A DNA stretch of 36,273 bases from Macrostomum lignano (Eukaryota): NCBI GenBank assembly GCA_002269645.1, contig NIVC01004747.1, forward strand, positions 1-36,273, written 5' to 3'. The position numbers and the translations under genes are program-made. How positions within the stretch are numbered: the stretch's first letter is position 1; each line of letters opens with the position of its first letter. The notes under the pieces were generated by a model. The model searched no databases. It saw only the letters and a list, made by a program, of their open reading frames with translations, and had not been told where the DNA came from. Of this stretch, positions 22,390 through 32,252 are shown piece by piece.

Positions 22390-22745
22390 CGACTTAGTTG
22401 CTTCTTTTTGCGACTTACCTAATCCTTTTGCAACTTACCTAACCCTTTTGCGACTTACCTAATCCTTTTTGCGACTTAATCCTTTTTGCGACTTACCTAA
22501 TCCTTTTTGCGACTTACCTAATCCTTTTGCAACTTACCTAACCCTTTTGCGACTTACCTAATCCTTTTGCGACTTAGCTGATCCTTTTGCAACTTACCTG
22601 ATTATTTTTGCAACTTACCTGATCCTTTTTGGGACTTACCTAATCCTTTTTGAGACTTACCTAATCCTTTTTGCGACTTACCTAATCCTTTTTGGGACTT
22701 ACCTAATCCTTTTTGTGACTTACCTGATTATTTTTACAACTTAGT
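22390..22745. repeat. 20-21-nt minisatellite GCGACTTACCTAATCCTTTT(T)
   Basis: Direct inspection. The GC(G/A)ACTTA core is the same motif repeated in the MITE subterminal regions. Confidence 0.9.
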
Positions 22746-23539
22746 TTGCTTCTTTTGCGAATTGTTTTTCTTTTGCTTCACCATTTTCCCTGAACTGCTC
22801 TTTCTTTCACTTTCCTCTTGCCTTTCTTGGTTCTTGTGTTTTTCTGTTTTTGGTTGACTCAATTTTGCGACTTACCCCTGGTCAGCCACGATTTACGGTG
22901 GCCAGATCGGCCAGGTCGGCCAGCAGTTGCGCATGTATGTTATGATATCTTATTGCTTAGTCACCAAAATTGTTGTAGGGGTTATTTCTATCCCTAATAT
23001 AATCTTTACAAACTGCTACCAAGTTGTAACAGGGGTTAATTCTATCCTGTTGTTACCAAATTTTGTACTAGGCCTAGGGTTATTTCTTACTACTTGATTT
23101 TATTGGTTATTTCCTATACTTGTATATTTACTGATAGCATATGTACTTTTATTGGTAGCATATATACTTTTAGCCTGAGCAGTCTAATGGCACTATATTT
23201 CTAATTCTATATATCCCCCAGTTTTCTCCTCTAAGAGGGTTTCTCTCAGTCCAGGCATTACTGGGATCAGAGGGTCATAGCTTTTTTGCTGGGTATTCTA
23301 CCCTAGGCCTAAGGTAGGTTTCTTAGACTCTAAGTCTAGATCTCTCTATTACCCTGTGGTAGGATTTCTGCCTTTTAAAGGCAAATTCTCCTGTTCTGAA
23401 TCTGGATGTCTTGTTCTTTGAAAATAATTTGAATTCTCCCAGTCTTGGGGTTTCTAGTGCTTCTAAATAACTAAGTCAAAAAGTATTGATCAAGCTTCAA
23501 TTCGAGATACTAAAATAGACTATAAACCCAAAGCAAGTG

Positions 23540-23836
23540 CACACATGCGCAACAGTCGGCCGAGTCGGCCGATCCGGCCGACCGATTTGGCGGCCAACCA
23601 AGAAAGTCGCAAAAATGCCTACCCGAAAAAATAACAAAGTAGTAGTACTAAGTAGCTGACGAGGCATTTTGGCGTTATAAGACAGTCATAGTTACTCCTG
23701 CCGTTTACCCAAAGTTGCGTTAATTTTGTTTTAGGTTTTTTTGCATGTAAATCGCATTTTTGGCCAAAAACTATGTCGCATTTTTGTTAAAACTAAGTCG
23801 CATGGCCGACCGAATTTCGGAGGTTGCGCATGTATG
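23540..23836 (-). mobile_element. MITE copy 4 (297 bp), inverted orientation
   Basis: TIRs CACACATGCGCAAC / GTTGCGCATGTATG; perfect 8-bp TSD AGCAAGTG. Confidence 0.93.
23648..23710 (-). other. 28S rRNA-derived fragment inside MITE copy 4
   Basis: Reverse complement reads GGGTAAACGGCAGGAGTAACTATGACTGTCTT-ataacgcca-AAATGCCTCGTCAGCTACTTAGT. Confidence 0.88.
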
Positions 23837-24209
23837 AGCAAGTGGCAAGTTGTTTCTTCTCTTGCTAACAGCTCGTGTATTTATATTCCTTTTCAGTAAG
23901 TTTTAAAACAAATAAAATTTTGTAATATTTATAATATTTACAATATTTTTGATATTATACTCATTAAAACAAAATAGCCTAATTTCAAATGCAATACTTT
24001 CTAGGATAATGACAAAGCCTATTTCATTAAGAAGACAAAAGTATTCTTAGAATTTTTTTGTGCACAAAAGCAAAATTTTGGCATAATCTGGTTAAAGCCA
24101 AAGATTCAAATTATCCAATGTGCCAATTATATTAGTAAAGGCAATCTGAACTTGGGTTTTTATTGCACCTATGCTTTTATTGCTTATATATAGGATTGTT
24201 GTATACATG

Positions 24210-24925
24210 CATAGGTCACTGGTCAGATTGTCATATTCTATTTCGTCATATTGGATGACAAAGTGATTGTTACAGGTTTGTACTAAACACTGGGCTTAAT
24301 GCCCTGAATATGTGCCGTAGTACCTTACCTTTGGCCTTCTTTTGCCAATGTCTGCTTGGCACCATTTAAACTTTATATTTATTTTACTTATTTCCAAGCG
24401 GTTTGCCTTTAGTTAGGCTCTTGTGCTCAATACAGGCAAATGAAATAGTCTATGATCATATTTCAGTTAAAAATAAACTTTAATCTGCTCGGGCAAAAGC
24501 CAGCCTGCAGCAGTAATCAAAAGCAAAGTAGCTTGAAAAATAATATGACAAAGTGACCAAATATTTATTTATGCTGGATACTTCGTCATCAACCAACGCA
24601 ATCTGTGTGGGATTTGAGTTTGTGTAAACTATTTTTTGTTTAATAACAATAAGTTGTGGCAAGCAGAATCGATCGACAGGTTTTATCAGATGACATATTA
24701 GATGACATTAGATGACAAAATGACTGGGATCATTAGGATTCCAAGATATGTTTGATTGTTACATTAATTCACTTGAAGTTGGAACTAATATGATCAGTAG
24801 ATGACGAAATGACTCTCTTCAGGTAGTGCATGTTAATTAAGATGACAAAGTGACCATAGTTAAGGTGAGCACCCCAGACACCCAGATGACAAAATGACAG
24901 ATGACGAAATGACTAGGAACCCATG
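24210..24925. mobile_element. TIR element C, same family as element A
   Basis: Imperfect TIRs CATAGGTCACTGGTCA / reverse complement CATGGGTTCCTAGTCA; many GATGAC(A/G)AA(A/G)TG subrepeats; CATG flanks both ends (possible 4-bp TSD). Confidence 0.6.
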
Positions 24926-25294
24926 CATGCATAGCACTTGGTTAAAAATCTCTATAGTCCATCTGTCTTTAATTTAACTTCACAAGTTAAATGCTTTAAC
25001 TATTAGTGTATATTATTATATAAATTCATACATAACATCTGGCTAATTTGGCTAAATTTTTCTGGTTTTATTTTTCACAAGTGACTAAAATTAATGATTG
25101 TCTAAGGCAACACCATATGCAAAAGTACATTGTCATCTCATAAATCTATTTTTATTCTTTAGCCCTGAATAAGTTTACAGTTAATTTCCATCCTTTGTAA
25201 ACTTGAATAAGCAGCAAACTCCTGCCATAGCACCTGCATACCCTAAGACAATCCAATGCTTGCATGTTGTTAACCAGTCAGCCATAGTCAATTG

Positions 25295-25642
25295 ATGCCG
25301 CCAAAAAATCAGAAGCCCGACCCGAAAAAGTCGGCGCCAGCTAAGAAGAAAGATGCCGGATCCAGCGGCGGCAAGGCTAAGAAAAAGAAGTGGTCCAAAG
25401 GAAAGGTTCGCGACAAGCTCAATAATATGTGCCTGTTTGATCAGGCCACATATGACAAGCTCTACAAGGAGGTGCCAGCCTACAAGCTGATCACTCCGTC
25501 TGTGGTTAGCGAGCGATTGAAAATCCGGGTGAGCCTGGCCAGAGCTTCCCTGCTCGAGCTGGAGCGCAAAGGGCTTATTAAGCCCGTGTCTAAGCACCAT
25601 GCCCAGTTCATCTACACCAAGACTACTAAGACCGAGGCCTGA
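25295..25642 (+). CDS. RPS25: 40S ribosomal protein S25 (eS25)
   Basis: MPPK...[72 protein letters not shown] is the canonical eS25 sequence; uninterrupted 115-aa ORF. Confidence 0.97.
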   Translation: MPPKNQKPDPKKSAPAKKKDAGSSGGKAKKKKWSKGKVRDKLNNMCLFDQATYDKLYKEVPAYKLITPSVVSERLKIRVSLARASLLELERKGLIKPVSKHHAQFIYTKTTKTEA

Positions 25643-25727
25643 GCATCTTAAAGATAGGTTGAGTTAAACATCTGGACTGAATTATTGTTAAGGAAATTTG
25701 TCTGTATTGAATTGGAATCTATGATTA

Positions 25728-25733
25728 AATAAA
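25728..25733 (+). terminator. Putative polyadenylation signal of RPS25
   Basis: AATAAA 86 nt after the stop codon, followed by GT/T-rich sequence. Confidence 0.6.
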
Positions 25734-25901
25734 ATGTAAAAGCACTTGATTGTGGCTGTTGCTTAAGTGGAATTCTGTGACTTTTTCATGTCTGCTTCCT
25801 TTTATTTTATATAAAAATAATGTATAGAATAGACCCACTCACTAAGCTTGGATCTCAGTATCTTTCAGATTTTTATAATTCTGGGCTTGTACTAATTGCT
25901 T

Positions 25902-26570
25902 CAGATCCTCAGGTAGGGTGACAAGTACTGACAACTATTCTCCCAGATTCTCAGGTAGGGTGGCAGCTATTCTCCCAGATCCTCAGGTAAGGTGGCAGCT
26001 ATTCTCCCAGATCCTCAGGTAGGGTGACAACTATTCTCCCAGATCCTCAGGTAGGATGACAACTATTCTCCCAGATCCTCAGGTAGGGTGGCAGCTAGTC
26101 TCCCAGATCCTCAGGTAGGGAGACAACTATTCTCCCAGATCCTCAGTTAGGGTGGCAGCTATTCTCCCAGATTCTCAGGTAGGGTGACAACTATTCTCCC
26201 AGATCCTTAGGTAGGGTGGCAGCTATTCTCCCAGATCCTCAGTTAGGGTGGCAGCTATTCTCCCAGATTCTCAGGTAGGGTGACAACTATTCTCCCAGAT
26301 CCTTAGGTAGGGTGGCAGCTATTCTCCCAGATCCTCAGTTAGGGTGACAAATATTCTCCCAGATCCTTAGGTAGGGTGACAAATATTCTCCCAGATCCTC
26401 AGGTAGAGGGACAACTATTCTCTCAGATCCTCAGGTAGAGGGACAACTATTCTCCCAGATCCTCAGGTAGAGGGACAACTATTCTCCCAGATCCTCAGGT
26501 AGAGGGACAACTATTCTCCCATATTCCCAGGTAGGGTGACATTTACATATTCGCCGAAATCCTCAGGTCC
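25902..26570. repeat. 32-nt minisatellite CTATTCTCCCAGATCCTCAGGTAGGGTGACAA, about 20 copies
   Basis: ATTCTCCC at 26001 and 26033 gives a period of 32. Confidence 0.95.
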
Positions 26571-26728
26571 CAGTAATTACGTAGATTATTCTGTTTATCA
26601 CTGACGTGCCTAATAATTGAAAGGATTTTATTAATTGTTTTTACTAATTGAAGACTCTTGACAAATTAAACTGACTCCTCTACTTGATAAATTTATGATC
26701 AGCCAATTGAGCTCACACTCGCACAGTC

Positions 26729-26995
26729 ATGGCCTACATGCACCTCAGCATTACAATACCAATAATCTTCTGTATTCTAGTGGGCCAATTTAGTAACCTG
26801 GCATCGGCCGTCACACTGAAACAGGGCCAAGACGATCCTAGCGTGTACATTCATTACGATACTAGCCTGTTTCATATTGGCCTGCACTGCGGCGTCTCCT
26901 TGATGATTTGCTACGCTATACTGTGCTCAATGTGGCTAATAGTACAAGGCGTTATCTACGTCAGTGGGACTAAACGAATCCAGCGTCATAGCTAA
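26729..26995 (+). CDS. Hypothetical small membrane protein (88 aa; signal peptide plus one TM helix)
   Basis: ATG-to-TAG ORF in a locally GC-richer island. Hydrophobic N-terminus ending ...LASA|VTL, second hydrophobic stretch GVSLMICYAILCSMWLIVQGVIYV, basic tail KRIQRHS. No family recognised. Confidence 0.5.
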   Translation: MAYMHLSITIPIIFCILVGQFSNLASAVTLKQGQDDPSVYIHYDTSLFHIGLHCGVSLMICYAILCSMWLIVQGVIYVSGTKRIQRHS

Positions 26996-27845
26996 CTTTG
27001 AGTATCTGGAGATTTAAATAAACAGTAATATAACTTATTGCTAAGAACTTTATGTTAGCAACGCGTATATTGACTGCCCGACAAAAAATTAATGTGCCAT
27101 ACTTTGTGCAGTGCTCAGAAGTGCTCAGAAAAGAAACACTCTCAGCTCAGTAGTAAAACTGGTCTGACTCTGGCACGAGTTCGCATTCATTTTATAGGGC
27201 TTGTGTACGAAAAATTGCACCAGGGAAATCATTCCTCAATATTATAATTTGTTGTAAATAGATACGCAGATGCTTTAGCGTTTAAATTATTAATATTGGG
27301 CAGAATTAAAATTATTAATAAAATTTTTATCCGTAGGACACTGGCTATTTTTTGTTGGGCAAGAAATCCTTGAAAAATAGGAGTGCTTAGATCATTTCTA
27401 GGATTTTTCCTTTTCTTATAATTAGTTTTTTATTTCTACAAGAAGCAAAGCGACTATATCAATCTGCATTCAGGCTTGTTTGATTATCGCTCTGCTTCCA
27501 TTTAGTGTATTATACACTCGCGTTTTATAGTCAGTACTAGTAGTAGTGCGTATTTAAAATTTTTTTATTTTCTAGTACGTGTCCTAGCTAACCTCTGTTC
27601 CTTAGTGCGTTCTAGTCTTTTTACTCTAGTGCGAACTTTTGAATCAGATTTTTATGATTAGTGCGAATAATTTTTGTTCTGATTTCACGTGTTTTTTTAC
27701 CATTTTTCCTTCCAAAGTATACAACGCGCGTTCTTTTCTACTTGTAGGTTTATAATAAATAGTAGTATAACTTGAGTGTCTCACTCTTCGAAGGTCGCTC
27801 AGTCGGTATCACATAGACCTAATTTTCATATCACTATAAGTTGCA

Positions 27846-29272
27846 AGCATCAAAGCATCACTTCCTTATCAGCATCACTTCCTCATCAGCATCACTTCAC
27901 TACCAGAATCACTTCACCATCAGCATCACTTGCCCATCAGCATCACTTGCCCATCAGCATCACTTCCTCATCAGTATCACAATTCCTCATCAGCATCACT
28001 TCACTACCAGAATCACTTCACCATCAGCATCACTTGCCCATCAGCATCACAATTCCTCATCAGTATCACAATTCCTCATCAGCATCACAATTCCTCATCA
28101 GCATCACAATTCCTCATCAGTATCACAATTCCTCATCAGCATCACAATTCCTCATCAGTATCACAATTCCTCATCAGCATCACTTGCCCATCAGCATCAC
28201 AATTCCTCATCAGTATCACAATTCCTCATCAGCATCACAATTCCTCATCAGTATCACAATTCCTCATCAGCATCACTTGCCCATCAGCATCACAATTCCT
28301 CATCAGTATCACAATTCCTCATCAGCATCACAATTCCTCATCAGTATCACAATTCCTCATCAGCATCACTTGCCCATCAGCATCACAATTCCTCATCAGC
28401 ATCACTTGCCCATCAGCATCACTTTCCCATCAGCATCACAATTCCTCATCAGTATCACAATTCCTCATCAGCATCACAATTCCTCATCAGTATCACAATT
28501 CCTCATCAGCATCACTTGCCCATCAGCATCACAATTCCTCATCAGCATCACTTCCTCATCAGCATCACTTGCCCATCAGCATCACTTCCTCATCAGCATC
28601 AATTCCTCATCAGCATCACTTCCTCATCAGCATCACTTCCTCATCAGCATCACTTCCTCATCAGTATCACAATTCCTCATCAGCATCACAATTCCTCATC
28701 AGTATCACAATTCCTCATCAGCATCACTTGCCCATCAGCATCACAATTCCTCATCAGTATCACAATTCCTCATCAGCATCACAATTCCTCATCAGTATCA
28801 CAATTCCTCATCAGCATCACTTGCCCATCAGCATCACAATTCCTCATCAGTATCACAATTCCTCATCAGCATCACTTGCCCATCAGCATCACAATTCCTC
28901 ATCAGTATCACAATTCCTCATCAGCATCACAATTCCTCATCAGCATCACTTGCCCATCAGCATCACTTTCCCATCAGCATCACAATTCCTCATCAGTATC
29001 ACAATTCCTCATCAGCATCATCACAGTATTCCTCATCAGCATCACTTGCCCATCAGCATCACAATTCCTCATCAGCATCACTTCCTCATCAGCATCACTT
29101 GCCCATCAGCATCACTTCCTCATCAGCATCAATTCCTCATCAGCATCACTTCCTCATCAGCATCACTTCCTCATCAGCATCACTTCCTCATCAGTATCAC
29201 AATTCCTCATCAGCATCAATTCCTCATCAGCATCAATTCCTCATCAGCATCACTTGCCCGTCAGCATCATTT
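27846..29272. repeat. Minisatellite of mixed 17- and 19-nt units (CCTCATCAG(C/T)ATCACAATT; GCCCATCAGCATCACTT)
   Basis: Direct inspection; unit lengths are not multiples of 3. Confidence 0.96.
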
Positions 29273-29657
29273 CCCTTAGCTACAAAACACTGCTGCTTAT
29301 CGGTCTGAATTTTCTATATTAAACATCGTCGCAGTGAGATACGAGTGCTCGTATTTTGGTCTTAAAAATTAGGTCTTGTGATGAGAATATTTACTGTATT
29401 AACTGCCTTTTGCGACAACAATATTTAGCTTTTGTTTCTCACTTTTTATGGCTATACTTTAGTTATTAGCTTATTTAATTAAATATATAGATATAGAATT
29501 TATGGAGCTTCTCCTTGACAGAGTTTGCCGCAATAAAAAAATCCATTTATATGTGAATCTTTGCGACTAACTGCTTGAAAGTAACAAGTCAGTTGCTAAT
29601 ATTTAAGTGAACTTAAAGATCGCCATTCACCGCTAATCTTGAACGTAGACTCGTCAA

Positions 29658-31498
29658 TCACGTCGAAGAAGACGGCAAAGAAGTTCCTTCTGCTCGTTGA
29701 CGCCTGCGCAGACGCTGCTCCGGTCTCTGCCATCCGGTCTCCAATTTAATTTGCTCGTAGTTGCATTGCGTAGCGCATTCTCGGAACTCTCGTTGGTCAT
29801 CAGATGCAACAGCCGTTGGTTGCATCGTCGCAGGCGCTGTCGATTTCTCCGCTTCCTCATGCCAGCCAGCAAAGTCGTCAAACACGGTGTCTTGTCGCAT
29901 CAGCGCCGAGCTGCGCACTGAGCCGCTTGTTGTTGACGACTTGCGTGCCGATTGTTGCGGCTGCTGCTGAACTGCTGAAACTTGTGATGGATGCAGAATT
30001 TGAAGTGCTCGATGATCTTGTGTGAGCTCATCATATACTTGCGAATTCTGGTGCACGGGTGACTCTTTCTGAATTATTGGTGGTGGCTGTGTCCAAGGTG
30101 GAATATCAACATTCGGCTCTCGTTGGTTTAGAGGCTTCCAGAACTCTAGATCATGTTGACCTTCTGATGTTTTTCTAACATCATCTGGCTCTTGTTGAAT
30201 TTGAGGAGGATTCCTATTTTTTGTCTCTTTATGATATATTTGATCTTCGGGCGGCTTCCAAATTTCCGGCTCTTGTTGATCTTGAGCTTGAGGAGGCCTC
30301 CAAATTTCCGGCTCTTGTTGACCTTGAGCTTGAGGAGGCCTCAAAATTTCCGACTCTTGATCTTGAGCTTGAGGAGGCCTCCAAATTTCCGGCTCTTGTT
30401 GACCTTGAGCTTGAGGAGGCCTCAAAATTTCCGACTCTTGTTGATCTTGAGCTTGAGGAGGCCTCCAAATTTCCGGCTCTTGTTGATCTTGAGCTTGGGG
30501 AGGTCTCCAAATTTCCGGCTCTTGTTGACCTCGAGCTTGAGGAGGCCTCCAAAGTTCCGGCTCTTGTTGACCTTGAGCTTGAGGAGGCCTCCAAATTTCC
30601 GGCTCTTGTTGACCTTGAGCTTGAGGAGGCCTCAAAATTTCCGACTCTTGATCTTGAGCTTGAGGAGGCCTCCAAATTTCCGGCTCTTGTTGACCTTGAG
30701 CTTGAGGAGGCCTCAAAATTTCCGACTCTTGTTGATCTTGAGCTTGAGGAGGCCTCCAAATTTCCGGCTCTTGTTGATCTTGAGCTTGGGGAGGTCTCCA
30801 AATTTCCGGCTCTTGTTGACCTTGAGCTTGAGGAGGCCTCCAAAGTTCCGGCTCTTGTTGACCTTGAGCTTGAGGAGGCCTCAAAATTTCCGGCTCTTGT
30901 TGATCTTGAGCTTGAAGAGGCCTCCAAATTTCCGGCTCTTGTTGATCTTGAGCTTGGGGAGGTCTCCAAATTTCCGGCTCTTGTTGATCTTGAGCTTGGG
31001 GAGGTCTCCAAATTTCCGGCTCTTGTTGACCTTGAGCTTGAGGAGGCCTCCGAATTTCTGGCTCTTGTTGACCTCGAGCTTGAGGAGGCCTAAAAATTTC
31101 CGGCTCTTGTTGACCTTGAGGTGGCTTCCAAATCTTTGGTTTCTGGTGAATCTGTGTAACTATGCAAATCTCTGGCTGTTTTTTATTCTCTAGTGCTCGC
31201 TGAGAGTGTTCAGGCTGCTGCTGCTGTTGCTGCTCTTGCACCTGAACATCGAGTTTGTGACCGCAGCTTACTTCTACTGGTACGAAGTCAATTTTACGCA
31301 GTCTCTCCTGTTCTTGAAACACAGCAGAGGCATCTGATAAGCAGAAACTGGTAGTGGCAGCTTCACTTGGTACGGGGATGGAGAGCGTCGAACCACCTGC
31401 ACAAGCCCCATAGTGCGTCGCTGCTGCTGTGGCTGCGATGAATTTGTGCCGGCCTGTGCCGACAAAGTCTTGTTCCTACTCTGTGACAGCATACGGTC
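29658..31498 (-). CDS. CH/filamin-repeat protein, last exon (low-complexity tail with 14-aa repeats); needs one frame change between ~31322 and 31470
   Basis: Phase-0 acceptor tatccaacag|GAC (31498). The entry frame stops at 31274, but an overlapping frame stays open to 29658 (554+ aa) and includes the PPQAQGQQEPEIWR repeats. Confidence 0.6.
30255..31135 (-). repeat. Coding tandem repeat, 42-nt unit (some 39 nt), about 21 copies
   Basis: Plus-strand unit CCAAATTTCCGGCTCTTGTTGA(T/C)CTTGAGCTTGAGGAGGCCT; all length variants are multiples of 3. Confidence 0.93.
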
Positions 31499-31614
31499 CT
31501 GTTGGATATAGTGAATGAAAATCAGATCTGATAAGTTTTAGGCCCAGTAGTAAACTCCCGACTCCTAACTCCACCTTTCTTATTGTCGCTATAAAATTTA
31601 TATAATAAACTCAC

Positions 31615-32039
31615 ATTTGCTACTCCCGTCGGACCGAACTGCTTCCATTGCTTCTGCTGCTGTTGCTTTCGCCCCGTCGACGTTGACCCTGATGACTTAG
31701 AATTCGACGTCGTAGACGATAGTGACGGCTCAGTGAGACATTGCTGCCGGCGGATTCTCGGAGGGCAGCCAGAAACAGTCATGCTGCAGCTGCTTTTGCC
31801 ATAGCCAAAGTCGCTAGTATCGTCGCGGCCCCAGGACAGCAGGGCGAGTTTGCTGCGCAGTTGGCGCAGCTTGTCAATATTAGCGCTGCCGAGGCCTTCG
31901 TCTAACAAACGGAGATCGTTAAGCTGCGAGAGCGGATCCGCTGAGCGGGCGTACACGGTGAACGGACTGCCGTTGACGTGGTTGCCCTGGTAGCAAACAG
32001 ACACCTCGTGAACGCCGTCGGTGCTGGGTACCACACGAT
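31615..32039 (-). CDS. CH/filamin-repeat protein exon (C-terminal half of the filamin Ig repeat plus S/Q-rich region); apparent 1-nt deletion near 32026-32028
   Basis: Acceptor cttacctcaag|ATC; GVHEVSVCYQGNHVNGSPFTV is the filamin-repeat signature; donor AAT|GTGAGT (31614). Confidence 0.78.
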
Positions 32040-32252
32040 CTTGAGGTAAGCAGGGGAAACAAGAAAAATATCAGTTTGAAGTCTTGCACTCTATTTCCAC
32101 CAAAGCCTTTCGAATCAGTCGCTTATTATGAATGTACGAGCTATTTACCAAATTTTAGCAAATTATAGAACCAATCAATATCATTTGCTGTCAATAATTG
32201 CAAGCTGAAGAGTTGGAGAATTATTTTTCACTTGTAAGGTAAAGACGCTTAC

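Larger units (their letters stand above)
20861..22939 (+). mobile_element. Long (2079 bp) non-autonomous member of the same CATACATGCGCAAC family
   Basis: Same 14-nt TIR at both ends; perfect 8-bp TSD TTATGATA (20853-20860 and 22940-22947). Terminal regions resemble the MITE ends. Confidence 0.9.

Noticed and set aside
15250-23710. rRNA gene or rDNA contamination
   Set aside because: Only ~60 nt match 28S, each time embedded in a TIR/TSD-bounded element, and the helix 69 substitutions are not compensatory.
25902-26570. CRISPR array (this and the other 21-44-nt repeats)
   Set aside because: Units are contiguous with no unique spacers, there are no cas genes, and the context is eukaryotic.
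27776-29322. Three 450-510-aa His/Ser-rich ORFs
   Set aside because: Open in all three frames because the 17/19-nt unit lacks stops; no unique coding flanks.
30192-31193. Plus-strand ORFs over the 42-nt repeat
   Set aside because: Antisense shadows of the minus-strand coding repeat, whose frame extends well beyond the array.
31274-31470. Programmed -1 ribosomal frameshift
   Set aside because: No X XXY YYZ slippery site seen in the overlap; a homopolymer error is more parsimonious.
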